Below are positions 13,601-23,955 of a stretch of DNA of 64,000 bases, piece after piece. Position 1 is the stretch's first letter. The number at the start of each line of letters is the position of its first letter. The position numbers were made by a program, and so were the translations under genes. The stretch covers positions 21,204,001 through 21,268,000 of the forward strand of contig JBHGNT010000011.1 of assembly GCA_043228905.1 (NCBI GenBank), in the 5' to 3' direction. Source of the DNA: Azolla caroliniana (taxonomy: Eukaryota > Plantae > Polypodiophyta). Below the pieces are notes generated by a model. That model was given only the letters and a program-made list of their open reading frames with translations. It did no database searches and had not been told where the DNA came from.

Positions 13601-14173
13601 CTCCGCCGGTAGTAGGAACCCGCCCCCACCGATCTTCAGCTCGCGGAGCGTCTCGTTGGTGAAGGTGTGTCCTATGCAGGCCGGATCTCGTAAGCTGGGG
13701 TCCGATGCAACCCCTTTGATTCAGGATTCGCTGCCCTCCGGTAAGGGCGCCGCAACTGGCCTCACCTTCCGGTCCACAATCTTGTACTTGGTGCTAACTC
13801 GGGCCGTCCGTTCCGACTCGAGCCATCGACCGAAGTCCGCGATGACTTCGTACATTCCTTCGGAACATACCGGTATCGTCCGGTCTTCGTTAAGGTCTTC
13901 TTCGACTACCTTCCCCAGCATTCCCAAGGTGTCGTCGAAGGAGACTGCCTCCACGGCTCCGTTGATTTCTTCGTCAGGGCCGAGAACTCCGCACGCTCGA
14001 AGTCTCCCCTCCGTCTTTGTTTTCTCTCGGCCGGCGATGCCGACCATCGCACATGCTCCGCTGCCGGAGAAGCAAAATTTCCTACCTATTGTACACGGTT
14101 TTATCGTACAGATGTGGGGTTTTTCCGGAGCATCCGGACTGTCGCGGCCCCACGCCTTGGCAGTCCTCTCTAA
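10595..14173 (-). pseudogene. pol: A pol (RT-RNase H-integrase), -1 frame relative to gag-PR; premature TGA at 13721-13723; stop lost so the frame runs into the LTR
   Basis: LPQG, FLDD, VDTSPTGIG, H-H-CESC, MVDLV/ADRG/GKVER, GPY motifs; collinear with B pol. Confidence 0.93.
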
Positions 14174-16296
14174 AAATCCTCCCGGCTTTCGGAACCGAGG
14201 GAGTCGCGGTTACGTTCGTGGTTCGGCCGTACCGTCAGAAACTGGACCGAATGGCGCCCGTCTTGGCTTTTGACCCTCGCGTAGGCCGAACCATTGTCCA
14301 GCACCTTGGTCTCCATTCGCGCCGCCGTGATGTACGACTCTCCCAGTATGACCGGATGCGAAGACGTCTCCTGCACGAAGAAGTGCTGGTCAATCTCGAC
14401 GTCGCCGATCTTGACTCGCACATTCGGACAGGCCCCGTGCAGTTCCTCGGTGGCGCGCGTTGCTGCCCTTATTTTCCACCCGTGCTTGGTGTTGATCGGC
14501 CATTTGCCCTTCTTATAGAAGTCCATGGACATCAAATTGATCTCCGATCCGTGGTCCACCAAAGCTATCACCGGTTCCTGGACATCGCCGATCTTTACCG
14601 GGGTTTCCGTGGTCGCTCGGGCCCAGTGTGGTCTCGAATAGTGGCTTTCCGCCCACTCGTCTCCCAGCGCCATGTCGTCTAGGTGCGTCGTCCGCACTTC
14701 CACCGGTCTTTCCGGTTCTGTCTCCGTTGACAGCCTCTTCCGTTTCACCAAGTCCACGATGGAGTCATGGAACTCCTTCTTGGCGATTCCCAGCACCTCT
14801 CGTAACGTCAGCTCCACCTTGCTGTCGAGGATCCGTTCCTCCAGGACCTTTCGTAAGTCCGTGGTCCTTTCTATCTCCGTCCCCAGACGGTACCCGCCCT
14901 TCTGGGGTTTATCTTGCGTACCGGCCCCGCCGGCTTCGTCCCGTCGTGGCCCGGACCGGGTCTCGTATCGTTGTGAGGGCCCGGTCGTCCCGGGTTTCCC
15001 CACCCGCTTCTCTTCTACCAGAGCCTCGTAGTTCCGGCAAGCGGCTTCCACGAAGCCCGTCTTTTCCTCGACCGGGTCGCTCCACCCGGTCATCTCCCGT
15101 ACCCGTTTCTCCGCACTGTCCGATTCCTCCCTTTTAAGCCCTGCACCGGCAAGGCCTTCCAGCATCGTCGGCCAGAATCCGGCTTTGCTTTCCCTTCGGG
15201 CCTCGCCGCCCCCGACTCGAATGCCGGCCGACGCCGAGTAGTGGACGGTTTCCGCGTGTCGGGCCGCCGCCTCTTCCATCAACCTTTTCATACCACCTCG
15301 CCCGTCGTTTCGGCTCAGGGCCCTTCGGGTGTCGCTGGCATGCACCCGTCCTTCCCATAGGTACACCACCCTGTCCCTCAGCGCCTCCGCGAAGTCGCCG
15401 CAGTCCTTCCGAATGTGGCCGACTTCATCACACCACATGCACCTGTTACCTGCCGCCGGCCGTCGGTCACGAGCCGGTTCGCCACCTTCCTTTCGGGCTT
15501 GCGCGATTTGGAGGTCCTTTACCGCCCTCGTCAATTCCTCCAGCGCCGCTCCTCCGGTTGAGCCTCTGACTACGCCGGTCGAAGCCGAACCGGTTTCCAA
15601 CCACTCTCGGGTCTCTTCCTTTCGCACCTGTGGCGCTGGTTCGAGCTTCCTTGCTGCGACCGAGCCCGACCCGGTTACCCCGTTATCCGCCCATTCTCGC
15701 CGTTTGTCGAAACGGCCACAGGCTTTCTTGACAGCCGCCCAGTCGGTTGTGAGCCCGTCTTCGGTTTCCAGCAAGAGGCCCACTTGCTCCCGATCCCGCT
15801 CGTCGACCGACTTGACAAACAGCAAGACCCGGCTCGTGTCCAGGATGGTTCGGTCGAGCGCCGAAAGGCGCGCAAAGTTTTCCTCGAACTCCCGGAGGAG
15901 TGCCGACGCGTTTCTTCCCTTCCCCGGGGATTCCACCCATTCCATGAACCTTCGCTTCGAAAGCCGGAGCGCGTCGTCCAGCCCGTACTTCTCTAGGAGC
16001 CGTCCTTCGAACTACTCCCAGGTACGGCTCTCCGCCCGCACCTCGAGCACCTCCGCATGGATGCTCGGCATCGCCGCTCGGGGAAATCCGGCAAGACGCC
16101 TCTCTTCCGGAATGTCCCGCATCAGCATTTCTGCACCGTAGGACGCCAGATACTTCGTGGCATCCCTCCCATCGAACCGGCCGATCGTGCCGACGACCGC
16201 CTCAATAGCTCTGTCGAGGGCACCGGTGCCCTCGCGCGCGTTTACAATCCGATCCACGGCCGAAGCCATGGCCTCTGCAAGATCCGACCCCCTCAT
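14170..16296 (-). pseudogene. gag: A gag-protease ORF with premature TAG at 16012-16014
   Basis: CMWCDEVGHIRKDC knuckle, LVDHGSEIN protease; same length as the intact 708-aa ORF of B (GAG at that codon). Confidence 0.93.
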
Positions 16297-16318
16297 CTTC
16301 TGCTCTTCTGCCGCCTCC

Positions 16319-16336
16319 TTCACGTCGGGTTCACCA
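16319..16336 (-). promoter_or_regulatory. tRNA-Trp primer binding site of A (identical at 7039-7056, 41288-41305, 56382-56399)
   Basis: TGGTGAACCCGACGTGAA, complementary to the plant tRNA-Trp 3' end (..TTCACGTCGGGTTCACCA, from memory), 4 nt from the LTR. Confidence 0.88.
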
Positions 16337-16340
16337 AAGA

Positions 16341-17130
16341 TGTCGTGTTATTACGCAAGTGCGTGTGGAAACGAGGCGGGACCGCGGGGGTCTCGAACCA
16401 AAGAGCAAGCGAGGGAGGAGAAAGAGAGAGAACCGGCTACGCAGGACCGGGGATACACAGGGACACGGCCCTTCAGCACGGAGAACGCGAACGAACACCG
16501 ACACAGACAGATGCGAATGACTAAATATATATATTAAGAATGGCTAACACGACTACAACCCTCGATGGGGCACAGGTTGGTTACAACCGAGCAGGCCGGC
16601 GAACAGATGCCGATGCCTGTTCGCTTCGACGCACAAAGGGGGTAGCCGGTCGGAGGTGCTGCCGGAAGCACTCGGGCGTTCCTCGAAACAGCGCGAGCCT
16701 CCTCGGAACCCTGCACAGAAAGCTATGGAGCTCAAGAAGGAAGGAAACAGAGAGCGAAGCGTCCAGAAACGGTCCGACAGCACTTCCTCCTCTCTGCGCG
16801 AGATCCCTGCAATAGCTCTTTCCTGCTCCTTATATAGGCCGACGAGCAGGCCGTCATGTCAGCTTTATTCCCTGTCCCTTTTGGACAGGGATTCGCTTCG
16901 TCCTTCACGCATCCGGGTAGTTACGCCGCCGACTCGTACAGTTCCTTCGCTCGCGCGCGCGACCGAAAAGACTGTTCGCGCGGTCTTTGTCTCCACTTGT
17001 GTTAGGGCCCGTTCCCGCCGATTATCCTCCTAATTCGCTTCTATGTACAACTCGGAGCGTGCGCGCGTGAAGAACCGGTTCCCACGCCTTGGTGCGCCGA
17101 TTCCGCCTATGGACGGTTTTCTTCACGACA
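16341..17130 (-). repeat. 5' LTR of A
   Basis: Adjacent to the PBS; repeat of 9829-10618. Confidence 0.97.
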
Positions 17131-17491
17131 CCGTGCGTAATGAAGCACATGTTACATATTTGAGAAACCAACTTGAGGATGTATATATGGCTGAAAATGA
17201 GTCAGTAGATGTGTATGTGACACACATCAAAGATTTGAAAGAGCAATTGGCAAACATAGATGAGTTCATTTCGAATACATCACTTGTCTCTACATTGTTG
17301 AAATGATTACTCGAATATTTTCAAAGCTTTGCTACTACTATTCATTTGGTTGCAAAAAGGAATACCGATATGTATGCTTTTGATGAGGTTGTGTCTCTTC
17401 TTTTGCAAGAAGAACAATGTAGAGTGAATAGAAGTGGTTTGATAGAGGGAACACAAACAATTGCTATCTCACAAAAAGGAAAAAGCAAGCA

Positions 17492-18208
17492 TGGTTCAAC
17501 TTTTGGTTCATCAAAACCAAAGCCTCAACCTCCCTCTTCCACTTATTCCTCTAATGATGGTGATTTGCAAAAGAAGAAGAGATGCAAATATTGTCGGAAG
17601 GTTTATTGTTGGAAGGTTGGCCATACTATTGAAGAGTGTAGAAAGCTTGTTAAGCGCAATGAGAAGAAGAAGGAATCCAGCATGAGCATTTTTGAAAATA
17701 TTTCATGTGCAAAGAGTGATGAAGCCAACATAGCCCAAGATTATTGGGCATGTGTTGTTATGTTGAGCGAGCAAGCTCAACCGGATCCGAATCGGCTGAA
17801 TAAGCCTGAGCCGGATCGACATCCCGAAGGATGAGCCGGATTGGTATTTGGTTCAACTTTTGGTTCATCAAAACCAAAGCCTCAACCTCCCTCTTCCACT
17901 TATTCCTCTAATGATGGTGATTTGCAAAAGAAGAAGAGATGCAAATATTGTCGAAAGGTTTATTGTTGGAAGGTTGGCCATACTATTGAAGAGTGTAGAA
18001 AGCTTGTTAAGCGCAATGAGAAGAAGAAGGAATCCGGCATGAGCATTTTTGAAAATATTTCATGTGCAAAGAGTGATGAAGCCAACATAGCCCAAGATTA
18101 TTGGGCATGTGTTGTTATGTTGAGTGAGCAAGCTCAACCGGATCCGAATCAGCTGAATAAGCCTGAGCCGGATCGACATCCCGAAGGATGAGCCGGATTG
18201 GTATTTGG
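17492..18208 (+). repeat. 357-bp tandem duplication
   Basis: 17492-17848 repeated at 17849-18205; TGG microhomology. Confidence 0.95.
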
Positions 18209-18568
18209 AAACAACCGGCCGTATCGGGGAGACGGATCGGAGAGTCAGATTTGAGCGGGAACCGGAAGCCTAGTAGTAGCCTAGACTACTAGGTGATCAT
18301 TGTCCCGTAGTTAGTGTTAGTTGCATGTAGGAATATTGAAGTACCTGTCAGTCCTTTATGGACTTGTATAAATAGTGCTGTTAGCATGTTGTATGTACAG
18401 AGTGACTGAGTATTTTTATTTTTGAATCTATGTTTACGTTTTGCTCTCTCTGTCTCTCCCACGCATACTTTCTGTGTACTAAGCTTCTCCATTAAACCTT
18501 CATCTTATTCTCTATTGTTATCCGGTTGAGCCGGTTCTCTCTAACGCTTCCGCACGTTAACATTCACA
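18118..18568 (+). mobile_element. Solo LTR (451 bp), probably copia related to K
   Basis: TG..CA, TSD TGTTA/TGTTA, TATAAATA; start TGTTGAG..CAAGCTCAAC like the K LTR; removal restores the J reading frame. Confidence 0.9.
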
Positions 18569-18984
18569 TGTTACATATCATTATGATGCATCATTGCACT
18601 CTAAATGTATGGTTGTAAGTGAGATTCATTCGGATTGGTTCTTTGATAGTGGTGCTTCAAAGCACATTACTTCATGCAAAAGTTTTTTTGCATCCTTGAA
18701 AGATGCACCCAAAGGAGGACATGTGGTGTGTGCAAACAATGCCTCTTATCCTATCATTGGAGTAGGAGAAATTGAGCTTTCGGCTGCAAATGGAGGTGTT
18801 GTCATCTTAAAGAATGTATTGTATGTGCCCGATATCAAGAAGAACTTAATTTCGGTTCCTTTGATTGCCAAAGCTGGACTTCATGTACATTTTGTTGATG
18901 ATAAGTGCATGGTTCATGATTATAGCAATGGCGATATTATTGTGATGTCCGGTACATTATGCAATGGCTTGTATCGTTTGGATA

Positions 18985-20905
18985 TGTAAAGAATCAATGG
19001 TGATTCTTGTGTAGCGGAAGAGATGTGTGTTATGTGTATGTGTGAGAGGAAAGAGGAAAGGAGAGAAACACAAGATGGATAAGAGAAAAAATGAAGTACT
19101 CAAGAAGAAGGAGATGTATATTAACAAGAATATGATAAATGAAAATGTAGCATTACAAGGAGTCACAACCGACTTAGTATGAAGTATGAGGAGGGTGCTT
19201 TATGTAGAGTCACCCTCTCTCTTCGTTAACTTACAACAACCACACTCTCTCTCTTGGGGAATGTGAAGACTCATAGTCATGGGGAATATGTAACTCATTA
19301 GTTATGTGTCATAGAATATGATTCTATGACACATAGTTAATGTGTAGAGAGTAGTGGTGTGACTCTTGACCTTTGAGTAATCATAGATTCTCAAAAGGTG
19401 TGTTCACACGTTGTGCTATGTTGAGCTTGATTCTCAACATGCCTCCTCAAGCTCAACTCGGGTTGGTTCCTTTTGATTGATGTCCGCTTCGGTTAGTATC
19501 CGGTTCGGACGATCTCCGGTGTCCGCTTCGACTCGTACCCGGTTCGGACGGTATCTGGTTCTCGCTTGTACTTCCCCTCAAGCTTGGCAAGTCAGGGATC
19601 GTCAATCCAAGGTCAGGTATGAATTGCTGAATCTTGTCGGCTCCTAAGGCTTTGGTGAAGATGTCAACCGTCTGAAGATTCGTGTTGATGTGTTGAAGGT
19701 CGACACCTCCGACCTGTACGTGCTCTGGAATGAAGTGATAGTGCACTTCGATATGCTTTGTGCGTGCGTGGAACACTGGGTTCCGAGCTAGATATATATT
19801 GCTCATGTTGTTGCAGTAAAGGGGAGTCGGATCCTTGATGGGAACGCCCAGATCCTTCAAAATCCTCTTGAGCCAAACGACTTCACATGCAGCTACGACT
19901 GCGCCCCTGTATTCTGTCTTCGTACTCGAAAGAGCGACGGTAGGCTGCTTCTTGCTACTCCACGAAATTGCTCCACTATCGAGGGAGAAGACAAATCCGG
20001 AGGTCGATCGTCGATTGGCTTTGTAGCCAGCCCAGTCCACGTCTGTGTACCCTTTGAGTCGTATTGGTGTGGCCGATGCATAGAGAATGCTGTAATCCAT
20101 TGTGGCGCTCACGTATCGTAATACTCGCTTAGTGCAATCCAAGTGAATGTCGCGTGGTTTTGCATGAATTGGTTGAGGAGTTCGACTGGATAGCTAAGGT
20201 TGGGTCGAGTGATCGTGAGATAGATGAGGCTCCCGATCAGTTGACGATATTGGGTCGGCTCGCACTCGTCTGTGCCAGAGTCAACATTTAGTTTGAGGTT
20301 TCAATCGAGAGGCGTAGCGACCGATTTGCACTCACTCATCTGGAACTTGTATAACAAGTTGAGAATGTAGTGCCAATGAGAGATCATAATGCCGGCCGGA
20401 ATCCGAATTACTTTGATGCCAAGGAAGTAATGGAGCTCCTTCATGTCCGTCATCTCGAATTTTCCGGAGAGGAGGGACTTGACCTTGTTGATGTTGACTA
20501 GACTTTCACCTCCAATGACCAGATTATCCATTTATAGGATGATGAGAATTAAGCTTCTAGAGTCGTGTCGTACGTAGAGGGAGTTGTCAGATTTCGACAT
20601 TTGAAAGCCGATTTGATGAAGATATTGCATAATCTTCAAATACCAAGTACGCGATGCTTGCTTGAGGCCGTAGAGAGGCTTCTTGAGTTGGCATACAACT
20701 TTTGGATGAATGCGTGATTCGAAACCGGGTGGTTGTACCATGTACACCTCCTCCTCTAATTTGCCTTGAAGAAAGGCGTTCTTGACGTCCATTTGGTGGA
20801 GGTGCCACCCTTTTGCCACTACAAGTGTGATCACGGTCCGCACCGCCGTCATCTTTGCCACTGGGGCAAAGGTCTCTTCGTAGTCGACGCCATGTGTTTG
20901 TGCGT
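18985..20905 (-). mobile_element. Ty1/copia element K, 3' part (3' LTR 18985-19439, RT-RNase H), interrupted by E
   Basis: LTR TG..CA next to PPT TTGAGGAGGCA; copia RT/RH motifs. Confidence 0.9.
19453..20905 (-). pseudogene. pol: K RT-RNase H with stops and frameshifts
   Basis: QMDVKNAFL, LYGLKQA, SWSSKKQPTVALSS, HARTKHIEVHYHF. Confidence 0.92.
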
Positions 20906-23281
20906 TGTCGCGTTATTACGCGCATGCGTGTAGAACGAGGCGGGACCGCGGGGGTCTTGGTCCGAGGAACAAGAGAGCAGGAGGGGAGAAAGAAAGACAA
21001 CAATCGTGCTTCCACACACACACACACACAAATACACAGAAACCACAATCGATAGAAACAAGACAAATGTGTGTATGTATATAAATATATAAGATGAAAA
21101 GGGTTACAACTGACGGGCCGGTGGGCGACAAGCTTTGACGCCCACACGCACACAGAAGAGCGAGATGGAGACTCTACTGGAAGCACTCAGGCGTTCCACG
21201 GAGCAGAGTTAGCCTCCCGAAAACCTGCACAAAACAGATACAGAGAAAGACGGAGGAGAAGAGCTTGGTCCCAGTTCGACAACACTTCGTCCTCGACAAA
21301 AACGCCATCCCCATTACGATTCCTCTCCCTCTCTTTTATAGCCCAAGGAGGGAGGCCGTCACAACCCGTTACATCATCTTTATTCTCTGTCTTTTCGGAC
21401 AGAGATACGCCTCGATTTTCTACCTAATAAATGCGTGCTACCTAGGATATTCACATCAGCCGACTTGTACCTAGATATATATACATTACAACAAAACTTG
21501 TGCCTACGTATAAGGGCCAATTTGCGCACATTATTCTCCGATTCCGCCTAGGGACGGTTTTCTCCATGACATCCGCCCCCACCTGACTGCGCATCCATCG
21601 GTATACGCCTAAATAGACTCTTGCCAGAGAAGACCAACTTGCACTTACCCTTTGTCCGCCGGATCGCCATTCGCCCAGAACCGGTCGTCCTCGCAATCCA
21701 AGTCATCCGAGTCCGGTTCATCCTCGTGCCGCTTTTTGAACGCTTTGATCCTTCTCCCGGCCACTGGTACTACCATCCTCGTCCCGTCAAGCTCCGCGAG
21801 ATGGTAGGTCCCGTTGTCGTTGGCGCTTGTCACCACGTAAGGCCTGAACCACCTCCTTGCGAACTTCCACATCGCCTTGTGTTGGTTATCAAGGCTGCTG
21901 TCATATACCAGAACCCAGTCGCCTTCCTCGATTTTCTTCGGCCTCAGTCGGTGAGTCCGGTCGAATCGACCCTTGTTGTTTGCCCTCGCGGCCCGCAACT
22001 TTTCCGCGGCTTGTTCCACATCCTCCGGTCTACGCTTGAGTTGTCGGATCCGCGCCGGTAACAGCTCCTCTCGGCTCATCTCATTTCTTCAGTCCACCAT
22101 GGTGCATGAAGAGATTGTTTGCTCCATTGGCATGACCGGCTTCTGCCCGTACATTAGCTCCGCCGGCATGAACCCGGTTACCGAACTGTGTGTAGTTCGG
22201 TCGGCTCACACCGCATAGTGTAAGATCCGCGGCCAGTTCCCGACTTGGCCTCCACATGCCCGAACTAACGCTTTGACGATCGGCCCGTGTCCGTGTTCCA
22301 CCTTCCCGTTCGCCTCCGGATTGTACGCGGTGGTGAGCGAGAGTTTAACCCCTAGCCGATCAAAGAACTCCTCAACCTCTTGTGCGTCCAATTCTCCGCG
22401 GTCGGCTACGATTTTTCCTATGCACCCGTACTGGCATACCACTTCTTCGATAAGAAATCGGCACACGGCCGCGGTCGTTTTGTTCGGCAACGCTCGGCCT
22501 TCCACCTGGTTTGTTAGGTTCTCTCGAGCCAGCACCAGATATCGCATCTGCCCTACCCCCATCAGCATCGTAACCAGATCCACCATCCACTTGAAGTGGA
22601 CGGTCGGAGGGTAGGTCGGTTGGAGCTCGTCCCGATGTTGGAATATGGAGTGCATCTGATAGCTTTTGCAAGCCATCACGAACCGATGCACGTCCCGGTA
22701 TAGTCCCGGCCACTAGTACTTCCCCTTCAGCTTCTCGAATGTGGCCCACATCTCGCGGTGCCCAGCCCAGGGACTTTCGTGGTACGCCGCCAACAATTCC
22801 TCCTGTTCCTCTTTCTTCGCCACCACCCCGAGCGGAACCCCTCTCTTCTTCGGGTGTTTCCAGATGCACCCATCTCATAGGAAGAATCAGTACGCTTTAT
22901 TCTGAATCCGGTTGGTCTCTTCCTTTGTCCACGCCACGTCCGGTGTCATTGTCTTTAGGAACCCGCCGATCCGGAGCCACTCCCCGCCGTACTTGCTCTC
23001 GTTGAACTCGTTAAGCGTCGGAGTGCTCCCCTTTCATGTTGTTACGTAAGCCGACTCGAAGAAGTCCACGTCGACTTCTTCGTCCTCCGCCATGCCGTCC
23101 TCATCATCGAATCTTGCCCTCGAAAGCGTGTTGGCCATGGCGTTGTCTTTTCCGGAAATGTGTCGTATTTCCGGATTCAGGGGCTTGATGTACGCTATCC
23201 ACCCGAGCATTGGCAGGTCCGGCGTCGCGCATCCGGAAACCATACCGAGAATCGGCAGGCAGTCCGTCTCAATCATCACCT
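20906..23281 (-). mobile_element. TW gypsy element E, 3' part (3' LTR 20906-21571, integrase, part of RNase H), interrupted by G
   Basis: TW LTR termini, PPT, flank GCGT; INT collinear with A and B. Confidence 0.92.
21645..23281 (-). pseudogene. pol: E RNase H end and integrase, several stops
   Basis: IETDCLPILG, FKWMVDLV, AYNPEANGKVE. Confidence 0.92.
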
Positions 23282-23955
23282 TGTTGTTTGCCGGAATAGT
23301 AACCGACGGACAAGAGTGTAGGAATAAGAAATAATGTAAGATCATAACGCATGTAACGGTTCACGCAGGAAGCGTGAACGGCTAAAAAGACCCTGCGTAT
23401 ATAAAGGGCAGAAAACCTCTGATAGAGGGGGCGTGTATTTTTGGAATGTAAAGAAGCGTATCGTAATAGAATCCTATCCTCTCTGAAAATCTGTGTATAG
23501 CTACGGCTAATCTATTGTGTGTCTGGAATACCTAAGAGTGTAAGAACGTGAGTGTAACCACTGCTAAGGAGTCGGTTGTAGCCGTCTCCCTTATACGTTG
23601 CTAGGTTACGGGGAACATTCCCCTACGTATTACGCATAGACGCTACCATTCATTGCTTCACAATCACTTGGAGGTCTAGGTCGAAGGACTGACCACAGAC
23701 CGTGTTCCTAACCGGTAACACTTTTGGCACGCTTGGTTATCTGTGTCTTCTCACAGACGAACAACGACGAATGGATGGTTAGCTGCAGAGGCCCCAGAGA
23801 ACCAACATGACAAGACCGACCAATCACAAGGTCCGTCACATGCCAGGCAGAGGAACGCGCACGGCAAAAGCCTCGCCTCAGCGACCTCAGTACTACCTGC
23901 CGTGATTAGAAAGGTGATTCTTCGCTCTCCAAATACCTCGACGATACGCGGGGAG

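Larger units (their letters stand above)
9829..17130 (-). mobile_element. Full-length TW gypsy element A
   Basis: 790-bp TG..CA LTRs 9829-10618 and 16341-17130 (one difference noticed); 4-bp TSD CCGT; Trp PBS; PPT ~10619-10630; Gag-PR and RT-RH-INT. Confidence 0.97.
7829..18984 (+). mobile_element. Old Ty1/copia element J (partial 5' LTR, Met PBS, gag-protease); outermost host, interrupted by four insertions and not closed within the window
   Basis: PBS TGGTATCAGAGC 7997-8008. gag KLDGTNYPMWSYMMKHVL from 9460 rejoins in frame across A (LYAVRNEAH) and across the solo LTR (WACVVTYHY). Protease WFFDSGASKH; ends NGLYRLD at the K insertion. Confidence 0.85.
17135..18984 (+). pseudogene. copia J gag-protease, 3' segments (with duplication and solo LTR)
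   Basis: CKYC..GHTIEEC knuckle, DSGASKH, LKNVLYVPDIKKNLIS. Confidence 0.85.
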
